A stretch of DNA of 61,316 nt, counting the filler, from Bipalium vagum (lineage: Eukaryota): NCBI GenBank assembly GCA_037834085.1. It is 3 parts of 3 records of this genome, joined end to end, with 100 filler letters (N's around TTAATTAATTAA, not from the genome) between each part and the next. Parts side by side here need not be neighbours in the genome. Positions count along the whole stretch, not along the records: positions 1 to 16,290 come from JBBMKC010117882.1; positions 16,391 to 43,032 come from JBBMKC010138378.1; positions 43,133 to 61,316 come from JBBMKC010037531.1. One strand, written 5' to 3'. The notes beneath the pieces are model-generated. The model did not search any database, was not told the origin of the DNA, and was given only the letters and a program-made list of their open reading frames with translations. Position numbers and translations under genes: made by a program. Positions 12,581-48,790 of this stretch are shown piece by piece (positions within the stretch are counted from its first letter, which is position 1; every line of letters starts with the position of its first letter).

Positions 12581-15224
12581 AATAAAAATATTGTACTTAT
12601 TAATTTGTGCTTTCAATATTTTTAAAATTCTAAATGTGCTGGAAGTGTAATAAGTCTCGCACACACGAGGATACCAGTAATCAATAAAACAATTAAAGGT
12701 CCAAATTAACCGTAACTTAGTCCAAAACCAAAGATTATGGATGCAAATTAGCATATAGAAAGAATCACTAAAAAGAGGATTTCAGGACTTCCGAAGAAAA
12801 AGAAAAAAATCTGTCTTGATTAAAAGATATAGTTCTCTTACAGAAGGTAAATGAATTTGGAAATTTTAAAGTCAGCATTAGTTAAAGCCCTTACTGAAAT
12901 AATCATGAATATGAGTTTTTGTAATTTTTGTTTCAATGAAGTCGATATTTTGAAATACAAGATCAACAAACAGATTTTAAAATGTTCTTCAAATAGACCT
13001 TAATTAAGGAATTTATCATAAGTTATTATTATTATTACTTGATCCGATCAATAGTTTCTTTCTGATAAATAAAATTAAAACCAATTTTCCCTTATTTAAC
13101 AATTAAATAATCAATATATATCCTAACCAAATTTTTTTTCTAATTCTGAAGTAACAAAATCGTTACCTGTACCTATTACCTGTTTATTATATTATCTGTT
13201 TTTTACAAGGCAAAAGTTTGTACGAAACAATCAGATACAACAATAAGAAAAACTGGAAAAAATCATGTTTAATTGAAAATTAATAAACGTTCAAATCGTT
13301 TCCATTTTATATTAAAATGTTAAACCGGTAGTAAATCCATTACAAATTATTAATATATATATATTTAAAAGCGGGATCTTTCTATAAAAAATATTCTAAT
13401 AAGTTTAACATTAATACCACTCAAATTCAGGTCAATAGAAAGAGAAAATTGATTTTTTCAAAATAAAAATAGAAAAGAACTCACTACTTTCAAGGAATGT
13501 TTTCTCGCATTCATATTTCAGTTGCTTCACTAAAAAGTAAGCTCGTGATTGTAAACAAAAACAGTAGCATATTGGCACGCATCGCATTGTTCAGTTTTCA
13601 ATCGATAATTCTATTCGTCTTCTCATTGGCTGAAGATGACTCATGCCTTTGTTGCCAACTTTCAAAGAGAACAACGATATCAAAATAATTATTTTCAAAC
13701 GGATTTTTTCTTCCGTCCCATCATCCAATGATATCAACATAAACCTGTTGACGATTTTCATAAATAATAATATTTATAATAATAATGAAAGTAATGATTA
13801 TTTAAAAATTATTTTTTATCATAAAAATAATGATAATTTTTTTATTAAATGACTTCAAATTTAATCAATGTGTACATAATTTAGTGGTAGACCCTTGAAA
13901 CTGTCTGTAAACAATTATCATTTTGAAGATGTCTATCTATTTACGCGATTCTAATATATGTTGCACATTGTAATTAGCTTGCTAAAAGGACTGGTTAGAA
14001 AAGAATTTTCAATATTATTCTAAACCTTTAAAGTATTACTAAAATTCATTATTAAATTTCTATGAAAATGGGACTGATTTTATGTAAACTATAACACTTG
14101 AGCTAGTCTCTCAGGTCATGTCTGTAATATATACTCTGAATGATCATAGACCATTGTTATTATTATTGTTAGCTGCGATATCAACAAAATCAGTCATAGT
14201 TTTAAATATATATATTTAAATGTCTTCAAAACAATAATATTTAAACAAATTGCCATTTCTACAGGGTTATGCAAAAATATATAGAAAATTATTCAAATTT
14301 TATAGAAGAAAATTTCTATATATTTCTGCATAATCCGGTAATACATTAATATATTGTACCATTAAATATCAAAATTCATTTCAATAAAAATTATTTTTAA
14401 ATAATTATTAAAATTATAATTACAATTAATTAAAATTAGGCACAATATAAAAATTCAAAAATTAGAAATCAGTTAAAATACTCGCTATTATTATTATTTA
14501 TTATCATTATTATTATTAACATGGAATTTATCATAAGTTATTTTATTTGTCTAATTTTAGGCAACTACTTGAGTAAATAGATAAACGAAGTGAGACTTCT
14601 GAATATATTTTGACTATTTTAATTATAAATTAAAATAAGTTACTGAAAAGAAAAAAAATCTGAAATGATCTCATCTTCAATTTGTTTTGGAGAATAAAAT
14701 ATAAAACGATATTCAATCTAAATTTCATTTGTTTTAATGTCGAAATAAAATTCTATTTCTTGAAAATTTGCAATTTTATTTATTTTTCTAAATAAGCACT
14801 ACTGAAATTAATGTCTTTGTAGATCATGATTATTGGCCTTTTGTAATGTAGACTTTACTGGGGAAATGCAATCACTAAAACCCTGTATTAGCTCTAGGAA
14901 ATACCGAATGAAAGATATTTTTCGGAAACAAATAACTTTGTTTAAATGAAAAGATATTTTACCAAACTTTTTTGTATAAAGAATACTCTGAGAAAAAAGT
15001 TAAAAATTAAACAGATAATTATTATTATGTTTTGAGTACTTCTTGATCTTTTGGAGATCCTCAGAGAAGAATTATTTAAATTGTTAATTTTTATAATATT
15101 ATTTTGACTGAAAAGTATTGTCCCTCTTTTATATCAATAAACCATCATGAAAGCCTTTTGATTTGTTGGGTTCCCCAGAAACACGAACCCTAGACTTGAA
15201 GATCACCAAAGGTCTTAATAATAA

Positions 15225-16104
15225 TGTAACGGTTTAAGTCGCAAACTAAACTGTTATAAGGGGGCTTATAACTGGGTTCACCAACTCCCTCGAATGAAGT
15301 GTAAATAATAGAAAACTCACGAATAAACAAAATAAGATATATTTGTTATCACAAATCAAGGTTAGAAATCTATTCAATCAATCAAACAATAATCAAAATT
15401 ACAAACCATTATTATATTTGATGGGTTAGCCAAGGACACATCCCTGACAACCCTTGTAAAGTATAGGGTAGAGACCGCAATAGGGTTTAGATTGGTTATT
15501 ATAAATTAATTATTAAGACCGCAAGAAGATCAGAAATAACTTATTAATAATATTAATAAATTAATTAAAAAGTAAATTCAAACAAAAAAAGGGCAATTAA
15601 TTATTTCCAAAAAGGATCTAATCTTGACAATTGTGAACCTAAATTGCCAAGATTAGATCAGGGTTCGCAAGGAGGAACCGATTGTGAATTATCGGTCTAA
15701 AAAGTGAAACGACATTTTTAAAATCAAATTATAATCAAAATGTTTGTCAATTGTCAATAATGAGCTTTGAAGAATCATCCTCCATAAGCTCTTGCTCTGT
15801 CTGTAGCGGTTCCGGCTCCTTTGCGAGTTTAGAATTGGCGCTAATTGGTGCTGAGACCTCTTTTTCTATGGATCCCAGCAATATTTATCAAATACTTCTT
15901 TTGGACTTCTTTAAAAATAAAAATGACTTTCGGAGGGTTGTTTTATTTCCTAAGTTTTTTAAAATAAAAATATCTGGGAATTTTTAATTGTTTCTCAAGT
16001 GTTAATTAATTTTAATTATTCATATTATTATTATTATCTATACTCTTTTTATGATTTTTCTTGGTTATCTTTCCATGGTTGGGATGTCTTGGGTAAACCC
16101 AATA
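15225..16104 (-). mobile_element. LTR-like repeat related to 56478-57630
   Basis: Minus strand starts tattgggtttacccaagaca (cf. tgttgggtttaaccaagaca at 56478), about 230 nt are visibly alignable, and it ends GTTACA followed 16 nt later by TGGTG (possible PBS). Confidence 0.55.
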
Positions 16105-16207
16105 TTTTACTAAGCTTATCTCGGCGTGGAGATAAGGATAGAATTTATGGACTATTGAGGGAAATATCTGTCTAAAAGCGTAGAGATTGATGATCGTAGA
16201 CCAATAT

Positions 16208-16290
16208 TTTTCAATGGGATTCAGGTCAGGAGAATTACCTGGCCAAGGTAAGACTTCAATATTTTTATTTTTTAGGAAAGCCTGAGTACT
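16208..16290 (-). mobile_element. Tc1 transposase fragment truncated by a gap
   Basis: IEVLPWPGNSPDLNPIEK. Confidence 0.8.
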
Positions 16291-16390
16291 NNNNNNNNNN
16301 NNNNNNNNNNNNNNNNNNNNNNNNNNNNNNNNNNTTAATTAATTAANNNNNNNNNNNNNNNNNNNNNNNNNNNNNNNNNNNNNNNNNNNN
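16291..16390. other. Assembly gap with six-frame-stop linker
   Basis: N-run, ttaattaattaa, N-run; the same construct occurs at 43034-43132, and a plain N-gap at 43413-43557. Confidence 0.95.
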
Positions 16391-17329
16391 TTTTTAAAAT
16401 AGCACTAAAAATGATTATTTAAACAAATATTGCGTAATTATTTTTAAAATTATTTGAAAAATTATGGAACTTGTGAAAATAAAGAGGTTTTTGTTAAAAT
16501 TTTTAAGGAAAAAAATGTCCCAAAAGCTTTTTGAGAAATTATGCCGAGAGTGAAATTAACGGATGTGAAATTATAGTGTTAACTGTATAATGTAAATTAA
16601 ATAATATAAAGATAAAATCGCACAATAATCAGATAATAATGTAAATTTTTTGTTTTTTTTTGAAATTTTTTCTGAATTTAGTTGTTCACTAATTTGAACT
16701 GACTGTTGATTATTTGAAAGATGACCAAAATAAAGTAAATAACCCATGCGATACAACGTTATTTTTGCTTACTTCTTTTTGATTCTGCCGACTTCCGCAT
16801 AACTAATCAGTCACCAGAATCATGAGAAAATGTAGATTTTAATGAACATGAGATGTTGTCACAAGCAAGTGCAGATAAAGTGAAATCATATTCGCAACAA
16901 AATTTAGATATGAACCATATATGAGAATGTGTTAAAGTAGCTATTGAATGTTGTGAGGATTACGAAAGAAGATAATTTATGAAGATAAAAGTGAAAGAAT
17001 AAACCAAGTATCAAGCGTTACATAGGTTATTATAGTTATTATTTTATGTGTGATTTCAATCATTTAAAATTGCATTATTCTATCCTATAAGGAATTATAA
17101 AGATTTTACTTAATCTTTATAATTCAGTAAAATAAATAATTACAATTGTTTTAATTATTGATTTTTATGAAAAAGCAGATTTTTGAAATAAATAAATTTT
17201 AGTAATTGTTAGTTTATTATTTCATATGGAATTCGAGCAAGTTAACATATCTATTTATTTTTTTATAGAAATTTCATTATTCTTAGTGATAGCCTTTACA
17301 GAAGAAGTGATTAGAACATGAATACTATA

Positions 17330-17580
17330 TCATTTTAATTACGGACCAATCGCAAGACAATCCTATGACAGGTTAGCATGACACTGCTCGATGACCAGTC
17401 TAAGTACATGCCCCATCCATACAGCCCAGATATGGAACCAACAGATTGACATCTATTGAGGTCATTGCATCACTTTTTGAAAGAAAATGCTATCCTCGAA
17501 AAAGATAAAAAGTTCTTAAACACAGAATCTAACTTTTACCTATACGCTGGTAGACCATAGTTGATAACGATTCACATCAT
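17330..17580 (+). mobile_element. Mariner transposase C-terminal fragment
   Basis: MPHPPYSPDMEPTD*HLLRSLHHFL. Confidence 0.75.
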
Positions 17581-19008
17581 ATAACTTATGAACGTATTTA
17601 TGATTTTATGACACATTTTTGTCTTAAATATTATAAGGAATTAATTATTAATTAAGTGGTTAATTTAATATTTGAAATGTTTTTGTTCAAATATGTTTTG
17701 AAAAAATTAAAATTCTTATTCTCAACATGACTGAAGACGAGGAAATTGCGACGGCTAACAAGTATTTTTCCGAAAGACTAACGATCTAATATTTTTGTTG
17801 ATATGTAAGTACACTTCACAGTGACTAGAAATAGAAAGAAATATCTTAGCAATTATCATTTCAGCCGATGTAAGATAATTGCATTACAAAATGAACACAG
17901 TATTCGTGAAGCCTTAAAGGAGAAGTGTAAATTAGTATTTGAAGCTTCACAAGAAGTGTTATGTATCATCACAACCGAAGGATCTCGCAAGCAATATCAA
18001 GATTTTTTGTGTCAAGCCCTTATCACCATCAAATGATAGAAACGCTGTTTCGAACAATAAGATATGAAATTTATTATTTTTTTCCTTCCATATATTTTCA
18101 ACTGAATATCATCTTTGAAACTTCATTTCTGTGAAATATTACAGAACAAATATATATTGAAGTAAGACATGCTGGAAAATTTTTGTTGTTAATTCAAAAT
18201 GTAGTTGAACGTGTAAATGGCTGGTTTATTTTAATGATTTTTCACTTTAATCTAATCACTTTTCTCTAAATTATAACCATTTATTAACGACCTAGAACAA
18301 TTTACAAGCTGATTTTTGGTCTACCAAGGAAGACATACTGACTTCTATATTCGATATGAAGTTTAGAATTGTGGATAAGATCATTGCTTCAAAAGAAGCG
18401 GGTTTTGATGTTACTCACCATTGATTAATATTAGCATTTTATAATGTATAGTTGCAAAATTCCAATTTTCTTTCTTAATTATAAATCCACTTATGACATG
18501 GAGTAATTATTCACACTTAATTATAATTACTCATTTCAACATTTCCTTTACTTTAGAATTTCATCTCAAAAAACTTAAACTATAAACTTTGCAGACCAAG
18601 AGCAAACTAATTCTTAGCTTACTAAAAGCAACCTTGAAACAATTTTGACATTTTCTTTAATAAAATCTTATAAAGTACCGTTATACGATTAATTTACACT
18701 ATAAACATTTATTTTGGTTAGGCGGAAATGACAGATTATGTATATTTTTATAATAAAGCGTTATTTTGTAAATTTAATTTTTCCTTAATAAAAAGCACAC
18801 CTTGATATGCTTAATATAAATTTAGCTATATGACCTAATTTTATGTGGGTGACAAATTTCATTTTAGAAGTGATAATAATTTAATAAAAAATTATATTAT
18901 TCAAAAATGGACTCAAAAGTATTTTTCATTCCAAATTGAAAATGAAAAAAGGTGAGTTAAACTAAATATGTACAATTTTTGGTTAAATAGGATAAATCAT
19001 AACTGATT

Positions 19009-42347
<23,339 letters not shown>

Positions 42348-42964
42348 TATTTGTCCATTTTTAAACAATTAATAATTTTATTTATAATTGATTAGTGTGC
42401 TATTTATGATAAGTGTACTTAGTGTAGTTAAACAAAGAAGATTTTAATTTAATTAATGTCATAAGTTATAATATGTTATAACTATTCGAGGAAAATAATA
42501 TAATTGTTATGTTTTTATGCTATAATTCTTTTGCAATCGCAAAATTTTAATTCATCAATTTTTTCTAATTTAAATAATGTTAAAATATAAGTTCCTTGGT
42601 TTTAGGGAGACTTGTCTAAATAAAATTCAATTTTATCTAAATGATTTTATAAATTGAAAGTTTTTACATGTTTAACAAATGTATCTGTTAATCTTGAGCT
42701 CTCTATAACCATGTACATTTAAAATGCATTAATTTTGATTTATTAAATACGATTACTTTTACCATCAACATTCGACATATTTTATACTTATCACAATTCG
42801 GTATTAATGCTAAGATTGCTATATGGTTTATGGAACTGATATGAGATAAGATTGTTAAACAAATTATATTTTATCTTTTTTTAAAGCAATTTTAATAATT
42901 AAAATAAGTAAATTGCAGCTATTTAACTAATGTATATATTATTAATATATTATATATATTTTTA

Positions 42965-42966
<2 letters not shown>

Positions 42967-43032
<66 letters not shown>

Positions 43033-43033
43033 N
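42967..43033. repeat. (ATT)n microsatellite running into a gap
   Basis: Direct tandem repeat. Confidence 0.95.
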
Positions 43034-43558
43034 NNNNNNNNNNNNNNNNNNNNNNNNNNNNNNNNNNNNNNNNNNNTTAATTAATTAANNNNNNNNNNNN
43101 NNNNNNNNNNNNNNNNNNNNNNNNNNNNNNNNGTTTTTAATATTTAAACAATCAATATATTAATCTACATATAAATTAAACATTAATTAGATATTTAAAA
43201 GTTAATATAATAATTCTATGTAAAGAAAATTTGTAAAAAACCCTAATATTATTTGAAAATAGAGATATCAAAAATCATAAGCTTGGTCCAAAGACAAAGA
43301 TTTCGCATAAAACGAAACGATTTATTATTCACAAAGCCAGCAATAAATCGATTTCAAAATCGAATGAGTGAGAGAATAATATAAAAGAATATAATAGAAT
43401 ATTAAAAAGTTTNNNNNNNNNNNNNNNNNNNNNNNNNNNNNNNNNNNNNNNNNNNNNNNNNNNNNNNNNNNNNNNNNNNNNNNNNNNNNNNNNNNNNNNN
43501 NNNNNNNNNNNNNNNNNNNNNNNNNNNNNNNNNNNNNNNNNNNNNNNNNNNNNNNNCC

Positions 43559-44310
43559 ATATGTCAAAATATCGCTGTGGGGATTTTGATATATTAGGCT
43601 AATGGAATTTTGTCAGTCGATTTCATTAGTATGATCGAACTATATCTACACGTGGAGATAGATTTTGCTTAACGGCTATTAGGGAAAATATCCGCCTCTA
43701 AGCGTATGAATTAGTGATCGTAGACCAATCCCTGCGACTATATAAAAAGACGGTTATTCCCATCAATTTACCCAAAAACTGTGAGATGAGCGACAATTCA
43801 GAATCAATTCAGGATAAACTTAGAGGCGAGTGAAAATTCAGAGACGTAGGCAATTATATCAAGTTTTCTTCCTAGTGGATATGACGATGCAGAAGGATTT
43901 AAGAAGGGGACCCAGCGAGCTTGGGAACCCTTAGGCAACCTGAGAAGGGTTTAGAGTACAACCCGGGAACTACTTATCTTTCTTGGTGAGATGGTTTTAT
44001 TTATTTTTGTGTTACTTTCCGAAAACTCTTCTTTGTTATCATTTTTCTCATCTCTTTCATTATAACATTAGTTGTGTTTATTTTTATTTTCGGTGACATT
44101 TTCGTTTATTGGACTTATTAGAGTGATTTTTCGAGTAACATTCCGTGGAAATCAGTTTATTTAATTTTAATTGTATTTTGTCAATAAAGTTTTATTATGG
44201 GTGTTTTGATTCAGTAGATATAGTTTGAGAGAAAGCGAACACAAAATTTTGTAAAAGTGAGTAGTTACGAGTACACGAGCGCACGTAACTGTGTCGAGGT
44301 GTAATAGTAG
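43559..44310 (+). repeat. LTR-like repeat between raf and NOA1
   Basis: About 90 nt (43641-43729) align with 16117-16205; TATA-like tatataaaa at ~43739 and aataaa at ~44183. Left end is lost in a gap. Confidence 0.45.
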
Positions 44311-45288
44311 CAATTTTATTTAACTCTATCGGTTAAACAATGGAAGAGATTCAGAAAATGTAACGAATATAATTGCCTTGTTATCATTCCAACCTCTTAT
44401 GCAAACAAAATATTTTTTCAAAAGATAAAAACACGAGGTTCTGTCAATAGCTCTGTGATTCAAAGGGTGTATGTTGGGGATTGCTTTTCCTTGAAATTGT
44501 ATAGGTCAAGACGAAAATCTAATCTCCATGAACACGAATCCATTATTCAAACTCTTCCTATTTTCTTCAATCGAAATATGTAACTTTAACCCCGGACCTC
44601 CCTACCTCCTCACTTTGTTGATAACGGACAATATTAAAATTAATTCTCTAACTCTAATTAAGGTCTGGCGGAATATCAAGTAATTTCGACGTCAAGATTC
44701 ATTAAAAAAGATATTTTGTTTAGTATTTTAAAATTTTTTTTATTAATTAACTATAATAATTATTAAAATAAATTTATTATTATTCATTCTAACAGGCCCT
44801 TGGAGTCTTTCTTTCTCTTGATAATAATATTAATAATTATTATTAAATCTCTTTTTTGGGGAACCCAATAAAACTAAGTTTAGAGTCACTGATTTGACAT
44901 AAAAAATATATATCGGGATTTTGCTTCTACATATTAATACTCAGTTGAAATATTAATATTTTTAATTTTAATAATTATTAAAAATTTTCTATACTTGATT
45001 ATTGACCGGAGTTGAGAATAAGTTCTAGTTCATTCATAAAATTGATTTTTGAGGTTTTATACTGTTTTAAGCCTTAAATAGAACAACTTTATTCTCTAGA
45101 GGGACTTTCATAAATAGAAAATTTGATAAAGATTGTGTAATTATTATTAGATTTAAGAGATTATTAGCTTTTAGAGAATTTTAAATATTTCCTGCTCTAC
45201 AAATAAAGTTTTAATGTCTTGTTTTAATATTAGCTTAGTTTTTGATAATTCTTATTGGAAAATGCGAATTAATATTAAGATTTTCAAT

Positions 45289-48200
45289 ATGAATAGATTC
45301 ACTAATTTATTATTTATTTCAAGGAACTATCAGGGAAAGTATTTAACTTCTTACCAGAAAAAGATTTCAACCGATAAAAGAAAAGTTGAAATTTTTTATA
45401 AAGAAACTAAATATCCTATTAATGTCATAGCAAATTTGTCGATTGAAAAAGAAAACAATCTCTTAAATGAAACACAAGATATTGACGCTGGTAAAGATAT
45501 AGAACATAATAATAGAACAGATTTAATAGAAGCTTCGCGTGCTTATCTTGATTCAAATAACAACTTTCGTAAATTATTATTTTATGGATCGGAAAATAAA
45601 AATATAGAGTTAACAAAGTATAACTGTCATGGATGTGGAAGCAATTTGAACTGTAAATCTGTTGATAGTCCTGGATATATCCCATATGAAGTGTTCTTGG
45701 AAAATGGAGAAAATCATGATATAATGAAAAATTTAGTATGCCTTCGCTGCTTTTACTTGAACAATAATATTGATCCAATGGATATTTCACTTGATAAAGA
45801 TATTTATCATGAAATAATTGAAAAACAATTGAAGATGTTTGAAAGTGCCGTAATTATTGTACTGGCTGATATGACAGATTTACCTTTCAGCATTCCATCT
45901 GATTTAAATTTGGATGCTTTTAAAAATTATCGCATCATTTTACTTGGAAATAAAGTAGACTTATTGGGAAAAGCGTCTAAAAATTCTTCCTGGTACGAGC
46001 AACGGTTAATTGAAGCTGCAGAACGTCGAGGTATTTCACGAGATAAAATCGAGTTTGTGCAAACAATTAGTGCTAAAAGTTGTGAATTAATGGAATCATT
46101 TATTGATCGCTTGCTTTCACCGAAATTCACTAAAAACGAACCAGTGTTCCTTTTGGGTTCTACAAATACAGGAAAATCTTCGCTTTTCAACCGGTTCCTC
46201 AAATCTGATTTGTGTAAGACAATTGCAAAGCCGCACATAAAATCCGTGGTGACATCAGTTCTTCCCGGAACCACTTTGGGACTATTAAGATTTCCCATGA
46301 CAAATGTATCTAACATTTTATTAAATCGCAGAATTAAGGCAAAGCAAATGCTGTCAAAAGGTCTCATCAACTCTTCTGTGGACACCAAATGTAAGTGGTA
46401 TAATATATTATTTTAAAAATAGATTATTTAATATTATATAGTATTAATCCAAATTTTACCATTTTTAATAAAATTTTTACATTTTCTGTTGAGTTTAGAT
46501 GAGATATCGACTTTGAAAATTTTGATATCTAGCTAATTCAAATATCAAATTAATTAAAAATCGATTGATTACAATTAGTAAAGATTAATTTTTATTGATA
46601 ATCTAATAAAATTAACAAAATTGAAGAATAAATAATGAATAGTTCAAGAGATTGATTAGTTTATACATGTTAGTATAACCTCCAATATAAATTTAAGGTC
46701 AAATTTTTATGGTGTCTCAAAAAAAAGTTTTAATTCAAAAAATTCAAGTACAAAATATTTATTTTACATCATAAAATTACGAACTAGAATACAATCCAGC
46801 GTTCTCACATATAAGGGCCCAATGTTCCGGAGATTTATAATAAAATCTAAAATAATAATACCTTGTTCTCAAAGCGTTTACCCCACCTGTGTTATGGCAC
46901 GAAACACGTTTGGGTCTGATGCTGTAACATTGGGCGAGTACGTAGGATGTAGTAACACTTCAATTCCTTCCATATTTTGCTAAGTTTTCAGTGATTTTTT
47001 CGAGGTAGGAGGTTTTGGGTGTCCGTTAGTAACTCCTTTCCGGTTGATTTAACCAGGATATTTTTTGTGAGAATCTTGTGAAGTTGATTCAATTGTGTAA
47101 AATTAGATATCTCAATTAATGTTTAGTCTATCTTGAAGAATTTCAAAGAATAAACGTCAGTTGTAGTTCCAGAAAATGGAAAGTACGAACTTTTCCAATC
47201 TATCTACTTTATTTCTGACATCAGGTGGTTTTTTGTTGATAATCATTGTTATTTATTGTGTGGATTATTGATAAAAATCCAATTTTCATTCATATAAACA
47301 ATTCTCTGTAAAAATCGTTTGTCTAATGGGTTATCCAACAACTTTGTAAGTTTGAATATTTGTGAATTTTTTTTAGTTTTCAAACATGTTAAAGTTCATA
47401 CCAACAAAATAACATTTATGAGAAGTATTACTATTTTGCTTTAATCAAAAGAAAAAAGCCACTCAGAGTTGTTATTTGCTTCAAGAAACTAATGGTAAAC
47501 ATGCACAAACGCAACAGGCTTGAGAAAATTAATTTAAAATATTCAGAAATGGTGATTTTGATGTTATTGATAATAAACGTTCTTGCCAACTAAAAAGATT
47601 TCAAGATGAAGATATCGAAAAATTATTGAATTAAACTCAGTTAAAACAGAAAAGAGCTTGCAAAAAATTTAAATTAGACTATCAGCCATAAGAAAACGTC
47701 TACATGCTATGAAAATGATTCTATAGGGAGGAAAATGGGTAACACATCAACTACAGTCCCCATCAAGATTCTGAGCCCACCTTCATAAAAATGTAAATTC
47801 CTATTGTACATTTGAAAAGACGTATTAATTCCCAAAAATGTATATAATATGTACCACATTTATGAACATTATAAAAAATTTAAATATTTTGTGATCTGTC
47901 CTTTAGCTTTAATGACTGCCGCAATACGATTAGGCATTGACTCAATTAAATGTTTGCAATAGTCAGGCGAGATATCATTTCTCCACACTTGACTAATTTT
48001 CATTTTTGATGTTGGATTGAGATTTGAGACTTTTTTCATCAATTCGGATCAGCAGTTTTCAATTGGTGAGAGGTCGGGGGAATTTCCAGACCATGGACAA
48101 AGTACCTTCATATTGTTAAAAGAGATAAATTATTTTACGACTTTGGCTGTATGACAAGTGGCCCCATCATGCTGAAAGATTTTATCAGTTTATATTGGCA

Positions 48201-48736
48201 GAAGGTGTTGGTTTAATATGTCGACGTACTCTGTAGATCTAATAGTTGTACCAGCAGGAACAAAACATCAATTACACACCATCATATGACATTGATGACC
48301 AGACCATAACGGAAGGAGAATGTTTTACATTCTTGACAATATATTTTGGATCAAACCCTTTGCCGTCAGGTCTCAAGATGCGTATAACATTGGGAGAGAA
48401 TTGCTGGATCTTACATTCGTCTGAAAAAATAACCCTGTGCCACATTGACTGGTAATGAAACATGAATTTATTACTATAACCCTAAGCGCAAAAAAAAGGA
48501 ATAAGGTTATGTGGTGTATTAGATGGGACCAGAAATTAGTGGTGTATTATAAGCTCATAAGATCGAGCAAAACTATTACGGTTGAACATTATCAACAACA
48601 ATTAATTGATTTGAACAATATTTTTGAATGATAAACGTTCGATTCCAGCTAACACAACGTAAAGCATGACAATGCTCGGTCACATGTCTCAAAACAAGTA
48701 AAAATACATTGGAAGCACTTGAATGGAAATTAAATA

Positions 48737-48790
<54 letters not shown>

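Noticed and set aside
16335-16346. Palindromic ttaattaattaa island between N-runs (also at ~43077-43088)
   Set aside because: Artificial six-frame-stop linker added during assembly, not biology.
17720-18420. Possible MULE/SWIM transposase relic (NVVERVNGWF, QYQDFLCQ)
   Set aside because: Motifs are too degenerate and appear in the wrong order; no termini found.
45425-46388. Minus-strand ORFs of 121 and 153 aa
   Set aside because: Antisense shadows of NOA1 exon 1 with no recognisable motifs.
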